DNA from: Ascoidea asiatica JCM 7603
Lineage: Eukaryota; Fungi; Ascomycota
Reading direction: 5' to 3'
DNA: 64,000 bases
Assembly (NCBI GenBank): GCA_001600695.1
Contig: BCKQ01000013.1
Location: forward strand, 250,045 to 314,044
Shown here: positions 34,161 to 45,561 of the stretch, in pieces
Layout of the letters: the number at the start of each line of letters is the position of its first letter
Numbering within the stretch: position 1 is the stretch's first letter
Notes under the pieces: generated by a model
Database searches by the model: none
What the model was told of the DNA's origin: nothing
The model's input: the letters and a program-made list of their open reading frames with translations, nothing else
Translations under genes and position numbers: made by a program

Positions 34161-35543
34161 TTAGAAAATAAATTCTATACTAGTGTCAATTGGATGAGAA
34201 GAACTTAATTGTGGTTTTTGACTATATTTTCCTTGTAAAACAGCTCTCATATTATTTAATAAAGATAAATAAGTTTGTTCTTTACCACTATTCATAACTT
34301 TAATAAAAGCATAAGACATTGCACCAGTTGCTTCACCATTAATACTTGAATCAGCACTAGTTTGATTATCTTTACAACCACTTAAAGAAATTACATCAGC
34401 AGGAGAAGTATTTGTCTTTTTTTGTTGTTCAAAAACTTTATCATTATTAAATTTTTTATAAGCAACATTACCAACAAAACTTAATAATTTAGTTGTATTT
34501 AATCTACCACTTGCTAAACTACTTGTAACAGTATCCATTAAACCACTTTGAACTTCATCTAAAATATTTGGTTGTTTTATAACACCTTTTGTTGAATACA
34601 TATAAGGTAAATTAAGCATTGAACCAGAATGACAACAATCAAAAATTGAAGTTAATCTACAACCTTTTGGTAAAGGTTTAACAATTAAAGAATGAATATT
34701 ATGATCAACAATAAAACCATTTTTTTCAAAATCTAATGGATAAATAACTTGAGAAGTACCATCATATTCTAAACCAGTTTCATCAGGTGTTAAACCACCA
34801 TGACCAGAATAATGAAAAAATAAAGAATCATTTTCTTTTGCATCTTTTACAAGCCATTGCATTGCAGCTTCAATATTTTGTTTTATAGGTATACCTCTTT
34901 GATTTGATTGAGTTTCAGTTAAAATTACCATATCATCAGATTTATAACCATAATTAATTAAAAATTCTTTCATATTATCAACATCATTTATACAACCTTT
35001 TAATTCATTTTTTGAACCCATATAATTAATACCAATTAATAAAGCTTTTTTTCTACCATTACAATTTGAATATTTATATTGATAATTTGAAACATTTGAA
35101 TCAAATTGTTGATCTTGATTTGAGATTCTATTAATTTTATTTGCAGAATGAATTTGAACATCAGAACCAATATTTTCATTTTGAAATACACTTTGAGAAT
35201 GAGCTTGTTGTTTAATTTGATTTGGTGAATAACCTTGTGGAACACCAGGAGGTCTTTGATAAGTTTGTTGAGTATGATTTGAAGAAGTAGTAGTTGTAGA
35301 AGAAGTATAAGAAGAATGATGAGTAGATTGTTGTTGATTATAATGAGATGGAGGTGGACCTGAAGGTCTGGTGTAACCTTCAGAAGAATAACTACTTTGA
35401 TTAGTATATTGAGAAGGAGGTGGACCAGAAGGTCTAGTATAACCTTCAGAAGAATAAGTATCTTGATTAGAATATTGAGAAGGAGGTGGACCAGAAGGTC
35501 TTTGATATTGATTTCTTCTATAATCTTCACCTGGATAACCCAT
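34161..35543 (-). CDS. MCA1: Metacaspase
   Basis: KKALLIGINY, FFHYSGHG (His), FDCCHSG (Cys), SGCKDNQTSAD, QKPQLSSSHP. Q/P/Y-rich prodomain. Confidence 0.97.
   Translation of the reverse strand: MGYPGEDYRRNQYQRPSGPPPSQYSNQDTYSSEGYTRPSGPPPSQYTNQSSYSSEGYTRPSGPPPSHYNQQQSTHHSSYTSSTTTTSSNHTQQTYQRPPGVPQGYSPNQIKQQAHSQSVFQNENIGSDVQIHSANKINRISNQDQQFDSNVSNYQYKYSNCNGRKKALLIGINYMGSKNELKGCINDVDNMKEFLINYGYKSDDMVILTETQSNQRGIPIKQNIEAAMQWLVKDAKENDSLFFHYSGHGGLTPDETGLEYDGTSQVIYPLDFEKNGFIVDHNIHSLIVKPLPKGCRLTSIFDCCHSGSMLNLPYMYSTKGVIKQPNILDEVQSGLMDTVTSSLASGRLNTTKLLSFVGNVAYKKFNNDKVFEQQKKTNTSPADVISLSGCKDNQTSADSSINGEATGAMSYAFIKVMNSGKEQTYLSLLNNMRAVLQGKYSQKPQLSSSHPIDTSIEFIF
35346..35501 (-). repeat. 66-bp coding tandem repeat (about 2.4 copies) in the MCA1 prodomain
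   Basis: RPSGPPPSQYSNQDTYSSEGYT / RPSGPPPSQYTNQSSYSSEGYT / RPSGPPPS. Confidence 0.9.
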
Positions 35544-37030
35544 TTTGAAATTGAAAAATACTTTTACTTTAGTTTTTAGTTAAGATAATTAGATTGATTG
35601 AAATCAAGATTTAAATTAAATTCAAATAAGAATTGAATTTGAATTAAAATAGAAATTATATTTATAATAGAATATATTTCTTAAATATATAATATTGTAG
35701 TCGAGGATATTAATAAATAAGGGGAATTGAATTTTATAAGCCAATATAATCACAAATAATTATTATGATTTCTTAAATGGACTCTTTCAATAAATAATAA
35801 ATAAATATGAAATAATTTAAGCAAGTGTTAACGTCAAATACCCAAAATAAACAATTATTTCAAAAACTAAATACCAAATAATATTCTTTTACTTTTTTTT
35901 TCAATTGTCAATCGAGAACATTAGTTATTTATTTCAATACTAGCTAAAGTTCTTCAGTCATTTACATTTTATTCACTTCCTTTGATTAAGTTTTTTTCTT
36001 ACTTTCTTTCTTTCATTCTTTCTTTCTTCTTATTAAGCTATTTCATTTCATTTCATTTCCTCGTTTCATTGCCACTGAGAAATTACCGAAAAAAGAAGCT
36101 GCAGAAACAGTCGTTTTGGGTTTTGGTTTTTGCGCTTGAGTTTTTGGGCTTTTTCACAGTGGCTTCGCGTGCACCGCCACGAGTGCCACAGTATAAGCAT
36201 TACCGCCACTTGTATCCGCTAACTCCGAGATAAATCAAGTCACATGATATTTGAGCGAAACACTGTGCCACTTATTACTATTTTTATATGTGGCTGTGTT
36301 TGTGGTGATCCCTTACTTTTGGTCTCGGTGCCAAATGTAAAATTAAAATTGATATTTTATTACTCAAATATAATAAGAAATGAAGAATGAAACTAATTTA
36401 GATTAAAACCAACATTATGAGAATAATATAAATGTTGATGAACATGAGAAAGAGCTTTCAGTTCTTGATCTACTATACGAGCGAGACAATGGAAAATACC
36501 AGTTAGGTGAATAATGTCAAGTTATTTTGCTCACCCTATTATATTAGATAAAAAATTAGTGGTGAAATAAAAATATCAAAAAGAGGAATCAGTTATTTTA
36601 AATATATGATGACTGAAGATGAAGGAGTTCCTAATGATGCTCCATTCATTGAAAGTAAGTAAAGATATCTCAAAGATATCTCAAATAAATTTTAGATTTG
36701 AATTTTGTGTGTGTAGTTATAGATTGAGTAATAGATTCATAAAATATCTAAAAGTTAGACAATCCATTTCAAAGGTGAAATAAATTAAGAATCCATTCGC
36801 ATTTTAATTATCACAAGCTCTGAAATCTTTAAAGAACTTAATAAGTTGATTATTTTTAAATGGAAATTTAAACAATCAGTAGCGGTGCACAATGCTTGGT
36901 AAGAGTTTCCAGATAAATTCAAATAAAGGGTCTTTAAAGAACATTACCGTTAATTGATATTAAACGTTAATAAATTTAATGTGAGTTTTTGATTGATTCA
37001 CTCTATCAAGGGTTGTAATAAGATTGATTT

Positions 37031-37086
37031 GAGATTAATATATGATTAATATGAGATTAATATATGATTAATATGAGATTAATATA
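37031..37086. repeat. 22-bp tandem repeat (GAGATTAATATATGATTAATAT) x about 2.5
   Basis: Read directly from the sequence. Confidence 0.85.
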
Positions 37087-37609
37087 GACACGAGATTATT
37101 GGAAATATTGTGATTTTCATTTCGTATTTTGAATTTTGGTCAATTCTTCAAAACAAGTGATTTTAAGCTTAAACTTTCCTTACAGAATTTTTGTTATGAG
37201 TTTTACCCCAAAAATGCAAAGAACAATCTCAATTCAAGTCATTCAATATACCACTAAGGATTAAAACCAGCTTTTAAAAAAGTATTCTTTACCAAATTTC
37301 AATACTTTTGAGTATATTTTATTTTCCATATGAAACTAGATTCGAATTTCATCTCATTGTTGAGAATAACCTTATCATTAATTTCAATTCATGATTATTT
37401 TCTTTGAAATGAAATGCTATAAAAGGGCTTTGAAATCTTCCTTCTCATAAATTAAAATATACTTTCTTTTCATAATCATACTCAAATCTAAACTCAAAAA
37501 AAAAGTAAATATATAACTTAACCTCTGCAATCCAAAGCCTTCTAATATAATTTTTTCAAAAAAAAAAAAATATCAAATAAATTAACTTCAATTCTTTCTG
37601 TTAATTAAA

Positions 37610-40324
37610 ATGCCATTATTTAATAAAAGTTCCTACTTTTTAGAAAAAAATGCTTCAATTTGTGACCTTGTCTCACTTAAAATTGAATCAAATGTTTTAA
37701 ATGATTTCTTAGCCAATGTTTCTTTTGAACAGGTTTATAAAATTACTCCAAAAGATTATAAAAAAAAAGAAAAAAAAATTGATGATAATAATAATAATAA
37801 TAACATTTTTAATGAGAACGATTATAATTTCAATTATCCAATCCAAAATTCTTCTTCAATTTATGCTTTTATTTTCACAATCATAAATTTAGATAAAGAT
37901 CCTAAATCTAATAAAACAATTCTCAAAGGTAAATGTTTTCCTAAGAAAAAAGCTGAAAAATTATTTAATTATGTTAAAGAAAATCATAAAGATAAATCAA
38001 TTGGTTTAACTTATTCAATTTCAAATGATTCATTTCAAATTAGATTATCAAATTTACCAGTTAATGCAATTATTAAAATTCAATTAAATTATGATATCAA
38101 ATTAGATTTTGATACTCAATATAATGCTTATAGGTTCTTTGTACCTTTATCTTTAGGTAAAAGATATATTTCTTTAAATGATTTAATTTCTGAAAATTCA
38201 AATAATCCAAACTTTTTAGATTGCATCAATCAAAAGTCAGTAAATCTAAATTCTGATAATCAAGCTTTAACATTAATTACAAATTTCAACAAACCATATA
38301 GTAAAGTTGAATGTATTTCAAATCATCATGAAGACTCAAAAGGTTCTATATATTCAAATACTAAACAAATTATTTATTCAAATGAATCTTTTTCAAAGTT
38401 TATGTCTAATAATGTAAATGAAGGATATTCAGATAAATCAAACTCTGAATATGTACTTATTTTAAGTAAGGATAATTGTTCAAATTCCAATAATTTAACT
38501 ATTTTCAATTGCAATTTACCCTCGAATTTCAAAACAATCACTCAATTTCCTTATAATAAATGTATCTCTTTGAATCTATGAGTAAATGAACTGATAAATA
38601 TCTCATCTAATGTTAAAAATAATTCAAAAATTTTTAAAAAAAATATTTATTTCCTAATTGATAGATCTGGATCAATGTGGGGTAATCCTATTGCATTATT
38701 AAAAGATTCTTTAAAATTATTCTTAGCTTCTTTTCCAAATGATCCAAACATTTCATTAAATATAGTTTCATTTGGATCTCGATCCTACCCATTATTCAAT
38801 GATTCTTCAAAAACAATTGAGAATCAAGAAACTTATAATTTAATCAAAAATTTCATTGATTCCATTGATGCTGATCTTGGTGGTACTGAAGTATCTGGCG
38901 CTTTAAAAACTACTCACAATTTGATTAAACAAGATTTAAAGTTATTTACAAATATAAATCCAGAAACTATTGTTGAAAATGAAATAATATTATTAACAGA
39001 TGGATCAGTATGGAATATTGATTCGATTTTAAATAAAATCAAAGCTTTCAAAGATGTTCAATTAAATTCAATCAATAAAACTTCAACAGTAAGATATTTT
39101 TCATTAGGTGTTGGTAATGGTGTTTCACATGATTTAGTTGATTCAATTTCCAGTATTGGTGATGGATATTCTCAATATGTCCAAGAAAAAGAAAGAATGG
39201 AAGTAAAAATTATCAAATTATTAACTTCAATTTTAGCATCACCTTTCAAATTTTTTTCTTTACAAATGAGAAACAATAGAACCAATGAGTATAAAAGTAC
39301 AAAAAGATTCGGAAGAAGACGAGTTTGTTATGATTGAATTAGAAAATAATTTTAACAAAAAATTGAATCTTGAATTTAAAAATAAATCAAGAACAAATAA
39401 AGAAATCTCAAATAATTATTTGATTTTACCTTCTAATCCCCAATTATTTTCAGGTATCGATAATAATTATTTTTTTTTTTATAATGATGAAAACAAAAGC
39501 TTTAATAATTTAAATGAATTCAGTGAATTTAAATTAATATCTGAAAATCCATTCAATGATAAAAAAATTGAAATTTCTGGGGAGCTTACTTGAGTGAGTT
39601 TTCTAATAAGGAAATTGAATTAGAAGTACCATCTAAATTCGAAGCCATTGCTCTAAATTTTAGTCTTGTTTCAAAGTGGACTTCATTATTAGCTGTTGAT
39701 GAAGTTGAGAAAATTTTCGATGAATTTGAGAGTTTTAATGGTGAAAAAAATGTTTCATCCGGTAACATGTTAGGTAATTCTGCTTTTAAAACTGGAAGTT
39801 CTCACATTATGTTGTCAAATTGCCCGGTAAGAATTGATCTAAAAACATTAAATAAATCTAGTCAAATCTTTGAAGCTTCATCCTTAAAAGGTTGTCAAAA
39901 TCCAGACCCAATTTCTTTGTCTTCTGTTGATAAAAATTTTGAAGTAGAAGCTTCAAGTAAAAGTGTCAACGATTCAACTACTTCAATTACAAATGAAGAG
40001 TTAGAAGATTTTTCAGGAAGCTATATGGAAGAAAGTAATTTGGAGAAATTGAGTCCAAAACTAGATATTTCTCTGTTTTCTGATACTGAAAAACTACTTA
40101 AAATTATTGAATATCAAAATTTTGACGGTTCTTTTGAAAAATTACCCAAAGAGTTATTCGAGGAAATTATTAAGGATTCAGGAAATACAATTGAATATGA
40201 GAATTGTGATACTTTAACTTTAACCAAATTGATTGTTAATTACTGCAAAGATAAATTGAGTGAATTAGAAAAGATTTGGAAATTAACTATTAGTAAAAGT
40301 GAAAAGTATATAGAAAAAAATTAA
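37610..40324 (+). pseudogene. VIT + vWA domain protein (VWA5A-like), disrupted
   Basis: An in-frame TGA at 38579-38581 separates the VIT-like part from IYFLIDRSGSM (MIDAS), LGGTE, ILLTDG and FSLGVG. Frame changes near 39265 and 39572-39593. C-terminal LVSKWTSLLAV and QNFDGSF motifs. Confidence 0.8.
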
Positions 40325-40872
40325 GTAAAAAATTTTGAATAAAATCTTTTTTTTTTTTTTGTCAAAGATAGAAATAATTACTCTAGCCTTTTTATAATAA
40401 AATAATTTAATATGACTAATAAACAAAAAAGTGTTTATTACTACTTCAATTGAATTCATATAGTTTGAAAATTTTCAACATTTGAGCAGGTTTGATTAAA
40501 ATCTTACTTCTATTCTTCAATCCAAAGTATTTTATTTAATTGAAAAAACTACAATTGATATTATCTATGAATATTTACTCAATTTTATATGTTTTTTATT
40601 TTTCTGTAATGCTATTGGAAAGAAAGAAAAATTTCAACTAGAGAAAAGTCGAATATAAGAAATTGGATATGAGTATAAAGTTATGAGAGTTTTAATATAA
40701 AATTTATCATGACTTAGGTTTAATATTATTTTTTTTATAGGTATTAGATATTAAGCAGCTTTTGTTTATATTAGTAGTTAAGAGCTTAAATAGCTAACGA
40801 AAAAGGTATGTAAGTTAAAATGGAGATTAAAGTAGAAATAGTCTAGTTATAATTTGTGGATAGTATAGGTAA

Positions 40873-42247
40873 TTAAGAAGGAAGAGAAATATTATTTAAT
40901 TTAAAATAATTTATAACTTTATCATAAATATAATTATTAATATTTAAAACATCTAAGTTTTGATAATCTAAAGAGAGACTATTAATATTTTCATTATTTA
41001 TTTCATTATTTATTTCAATTTTTGTTTCAATTTTTGTTTTAGAAGAAATAACATTCATTTCACATTTTTTACCAAAAAACAATTGTCTTTGTAATTCAAT
41101 TTTTAACAATTTTAATTTATAATTTTTATTTTCATTTAAATTTGATAAATCAATAATTAAATTTTTTGCAATGATATAATCTCTTAAAGGTAAATTTAAA
41201 AAATTTTTAAAATTTTTAAAATTATAATCAAATATTGAAATACCTAAGAAATTTATTGAATTTAAATTTTTAAAATAATTTAAAAAAATATTTATACCAT
41301 ATGGATCAGAATCAAAAAAACTTAAAATTTTTAAATTTTTAAAATTTAATTTTAATAAATTTAAAAATTTTAAAGTTAAATTATCTGGATAACCTTTTGC
41401 AGTTATTAAAATTGAGAATTTTGTTAAATTTTTAAAATTTATTAAAGTATTAAAAATTGATTCTTTTTCTAAGATTATTATACATTTTAAATTTTTTAAA
41501 TAATTTTTATCAATAATTGAAATTTGAATATTATTTAAATTTGAATTTAATAAAGGTATTAAAGTTGATAAATTTTTATATATATGAATTGTAGAATTTA
41601 GATTTTTATTATTATTATTATTTGTAAATAAATTAATTTTTATTGAATAATTTGTAAATATTAAACCTTTTTGAGATGGAGAAATACCTAATTGATAAGA
41701 TTGTAAATTTAAATTTTTATAAATATTTTTAATTATTGAATTTACAATTGATTGATTTTTAAATAAATTTACATCTTTATAATAAATATCTCTTAAAGTT
41801 AAATTATTTTTATTATTTAATAAAATTAATTTAATTAATTTTAAAATTTTTAAAAATTGTAAAAATTTTAAAGAATTTAAATAATTTTCATTTGGAAATT
41901 TTAATATTGAATTTGAATAATTATTTAAATTATTATTTAAATTATTATTTAATTTATTATTAAATTGAGAAAAATTTCTTTTTTTATTTCTTTTATTAAA
42001 ATTTTTAAAATGAATTAATAAATAACCATTTGAATTTGATAAAGAAGAATCAATTAAATTTAATAAATTAATAATTTTCTCAAGTGGTGATTCACTTTTT
42101 AATTATTGTTAATATTTTATTCATTAATTGATTGATATAGTGTATGTATTGATAATGAATTTGGAAAAATGGTTTAAAATACCCTATTAATGAAGGAGAT
42201 AAATATATTGATCTTGAATCATTTATTTTTGAATTGAATTGATTCAT
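40873..42247 (-). CDS. SPO11: Meiotic DSB transesterase Spo11 (predicted exons 42247-42183 and 42094-40873, 428 aa)
   Basis: Manual translation gives TLRDIYYKDVNLFKNQS (catalytic Tyr near 41780), SQKGLI, ILEKESIF, ITAKGYPD, FDSDPYG and KKCEMN. Adjacent to AIM17 as in S. cerevisiae. The ORF track shows only the last 78 aa. Confidence 0.93.
42095..42182 (-). other. Predicted 88-nt phase-2 intron of SPO11
   Basis: GTATTT donor (the only GT between the ATG and the acceptor), TATTAAC branch at 42114-42108 and AAG acceptor. Splicing gives GG|T and restores the frame. Confidence 0.65.
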
Positions 42248-42589
42248 GATGGATATAAATATTTGATTATAGCTTCTTTATTGTTTGATCTCATTGATCT
42301 CATTGATCTCATTGATCTGTTTGGATATATTATTTCAAGAGATGAAGAGAATAAAGGGAATGAAGAGAATAAAGAGAATAAAACATGAGAGTATTCTTTA
42401 TAACTTCATATAATTATCAAAGGGTGGCGATTTCATCCGAGTATTTTAAAGGAAGATAAACGCCAGCAATCAATATATTCAAATATACTCAGAAGATATA
42501 ATAATATATAATAAGATATAATAATATATAATAATATATTCAGATACAATAGGATACAACAAGATGGTAATATAATATAATATAATATA

Positions 42590-42830
42590 ATCAGTGGAAC
42601 AAAATGGGAGAGTTCCGAGCACGAGGAGTGAACCGGCACGGGAGGCTCCGTGTGGCGCGGGAGGCAGCAGTTCCCCAGAAAGCAGTGGCGTGGTTGAGTG
42701 CTGGTTGAGTGCTGTTTGAGTGCTGATTCTGTTTGTGTTGGCGGTCGAGGAAAAGAAGCCTGGGGAGGGTTTCGAGCGAGCCAATCAGCGCCGGGTGTTG
42801 CAGCCTGTCTCTGGTGCCATGCCCTTAAAT
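42590..42830. promoter_or_regulatory. GC-rich divergent SPO11/AIM17 promoter with a CCAAT box and an 11-bp repeat
   Basis: AGCCAATCA at about 42779-42787 and (TGGTTGAGTGC) x3 at 42691-42723. Confidence 0.5.
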
Positions 42831-43150
42831 CTATGTGGGAGATGAGATAAAGTAAGTAAGTAAGTAAGTAAGTAAGTATCAAAATACAGGGAATATAAGG
42901 AATAACCAATACTGTAAGCAATAAGCAATATAAACAGTGAACAGTAAGGAACTACAAATAAAGAGGCAAAATGAATATAAATACAATCCACTTCTCTCTC
43001 TTCTTTTGAATCTTTTTCAATCCCATTCAATTCAATCCAATTCAATTAGTTACTTCAATTGATTAATCAATTAATCTTTATATCTCACATATCTCACATA
43101 TTTATATATATTCTTCAATTATAAATCAATTACCTAAATTTATTAACAAA

Positions 43151-44563
43151 ATGTCTGAATCTTTAGAAACAAATTCAGAAATTGAAAATAAATCTGAAGA
43201 TTTAATTCCAAAACCAACAATGAAAATTAATTTTTATAATGAAAGAGTAACTTCAATTACTTTTATTGATAATAAAGATCCTTTAATTCCAGATATTGTA
43301 AATTTTTCAAATGTATTTTTAAGAGATTCTTCAAATTCTTTAACTTCAATTGATTTTAATTCAAAACAAAAATTATTTTCAACAGGTTTTTTAAAAAAAA
43401 ATTTAATACCAATTAAAAAACCTGAATTAATTTTTGATAATAATAAAAATCAATTTAAATTTAAAATTATTTGGAATGATAATGAAATTAGTTATTATTT
43501 TGAAAATTTTTTAAAAAAATATTCAAATGATAATTTAAGAAAAAGTGGTAAATATTTTGAAGAAAATATAGAAATTTGGAATTTAAAAAAATTAATTAAA
43601 CCACATAGAAATTTATTTATAAATTATAATCATTATATTAATAATATTAATAATTCTTTTTTAACAACTTTATTAAATTTAAATAAATTTGGTATTTCTT
43701 TTATTAAAGATATACCAAATATTTCAATTAATAATAATGAAAATGAAAATTTAGAAATTAATGATCCATATTTAATTAAAATTGCTGAAAAATTTGGTTA
43801 TATTAAAGAAACTTTATATGGTAAATTATTTGATGTTAAATCAATTAATAATCCAAAAAATATTGCTTACTCAAATAATCAAATTATTTTTCATATGGAT
43901 TTATTATATTATGAATCTCCACCAGGTTTACAATTATTACATTCAATTTATAATAATATTAATGATATTAAAGGTGGTGAAAATTTATTTGTTGATTCTT
44001 TTAATGCTGCAAGATATGTTTTAGAAAATGATCCTCATGGTTATTTTGCTTTATGTAATGTACCAATAAATTTTCATTATTCAAATAATAATTTTAATTA
44101 TTTTTATTCAAGACCTTTAATTGTTGAAGATAATAATAATATTGATGAATTAACAAATTATCCAACAATTAAAGAAATTAATTATTCTCCTCCATTTCAA
44201 GCTCCTTTTGAATTTGGTATAACAAGTCCATTAAAAAAAATGGGTGAATTTAAAGATCATTCAAAAATTGATAATTATCAATCTGCAAAAGATTCTGGTG
44301 ATAGATATTTATTTAGAGATTTTCATAGAGGTTTAAAAAAATTTGAAGAATTTATTAATAATCCTGAAAATCAATTTAAAATTATTTTAGAATCTGGTAA
44401 TTGTGTAATTTTTGATAATAGAAGAATTTTACATTCAAGAACAAAATTTGAAAATCTTTCAAATGATAAAAATAAACAAAGATTCTTAAAAGGTTGTTAT
44501 ATTGATAGAGATGCTTATTATTCAACTTTAAGATCAACTTTTAAACAAAATTCAATCAATTAA
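43151..44563 (+). CDS. AIM17: TauD/gamma-butyrobetaine dioxygenase family protein, Aim17-like
   Basis: VFLRDSS, NIAYS, FHMDLLYYESPPGLQLLH (HxD), GGENLFVD, FDNRRILHSR, RFLKGCY. Confidence 0.88.
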   Translation: MSESLETNSEIENKSEDLIPKPTMKINFYNERVTSITFIDNKDPLIPDIVNFSNVFLRDSSNSLTSIDFNSKQKLFSTGFLKKNLIPIKKPELIFDNNKNQFKFKIIWNDNEISYYFENFLKKYSNDNLRKSGKYFEENIEIWNLKKLIKPHRNLFINYNHYINNINNSFLTTLLNLNKFGISFIKDIPNISINNNENENLEINDPYLIKIAEKFGYIKETLYGKLFDVKSINNPKNIAYSNNQIIFHMDLLYYESPPGLQLLHSIYNNINDIKGGENLFVDSFNAARYVLENDPHGYFALCNVPINFHYSNNNFNYFYSRPLIVEDNNNIDELTNYPTIKEINYSPPFQAPFEFGITSPLKKMGEFKDHSKIDNYQSAKDSGDRYLFRDFHRGLKKFEEFINNPENQFKIILESGNCVIFDNRRILHSRTKFENLSNDKNKQRFLKGCYIDRDAYYSTLRSTFKQNSIN

Positions 44564-44697
44564 TATACAATATACCATATACCATATATAATATATAATA
44601 TATAATATATAATATATAATATATAATATAAATAAATGATTATAATGATTATGAGAAGATAATATTTAAACAAAAAAGAAAGAAAACAATTCTGTAA

Positions 44698-44708
44698 GGA
44701 CTCGAACC
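44698..44708 (-). promoter_or_regulatory. Isolated TFIIIC B-box (ETC-like site)
   Basis: GGTTCGAGTCC on the minus strand matches the B-box consensus exactly. No cloverleaf around it. Confidence 0.45.
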
Positions 44709-45197
44709 AACAATCACCACAAAATAATAATTAATAATTATTCATTCAAATACCAAAAACTTAAAAACGTCAATTTCAGAGCTTAGAATTTAAAAATACG
44801 TGAAGATTTTGAAAGCGGAAGCAGAACGGCCTTTGATTGGCTGGAAAAGCCACGCAGAATCGCAAAAGCAGCACCTCGGAGCAAAACATGCGTCCAGAAA
44901 CAGAAACACTGCGAAACAATACAAAAATCATAAAACAAATACAAAAAATATAAAATAAATTGAAATTGAATTAAAAAAAACCACCAAAGAAAAGAATACA
45001 AAAAGAAGATCTCAACAAACAAAATTGAAAGAACAGCACTAACAAAATGAATTCACACTGAAATTCGTTTCTTTTATTGGCCAATTTCATCATCTTTTCT
45101 CATCTTTATCAACCAATATTATCTTAATTCGTTTGAAATCTTGAAACGAGACACTAAAATTTGAGATTAATATTATTTTTATTATTAAGAATAATAT

Positions 45198-45260
45198 CCC
45201 ATTAATGAAATCCATTAATGAAATCCATTAATGAAATCCATTAATGATATCCATTAATGA
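45198..45260. repeat. 13-bp tandem repeat (TCCATTAATGAAA) x about 5
   Basis: Read directly. Each unit holds the palindrome CATTAATG. Confidence 0.9.
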
Positions 45261-45561
45261 CAGAAATTACTGTAATTGAAATCGGGAATTCAAAAGAACT
45301 ATTACTCAGTAAAGAACTCAATATGTAAATCCCATTAAAAAATATCATTTAAAACATATAAATATCAAGCTTAATCTCTTCTTTTTAATTTCTACTTTTG
45401 TTTCTTTTATTTCTTTTGCTTTCTTTTACTTTCTTTTCTTTTTTGAAGTATATTTCTTAATTCTCTTATTATATTATTTTCAAATTGAATTTAATTATTT
45501 TAACTTTACATTATCACTTTATTATTCAAATTATAAATTATTATTATTAATCTAATTCAAA

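Noticed and set aside
36239-36248. CDEI-like GTCACATG (also near 20705)
   Set aside because: No AT-rich CDEII or CDEIII follows. More likely a bHLH promoter site.
39594-39610. GTGAGT...CTAAT.AAG mini-intron in the vWA gene
   Set aside because: Only 17 nt and located after the stop codon, so it does not repair the frame.
42660-42685. U6-like AGCAGTTCCCC
   Set aside because: No ACAGAGA box or other U6 elements.
44680-44790. tRNA gene around the GGTTCGAGTCC motif
   Set aside because: The T-stem does not pair, and there is no D-arm, anticodon arm or acceptor stem.
45198-45260. CRISPR-like array
   Set aside because: Eukaryotic context, no spacers, simple head-to-tail repeat.
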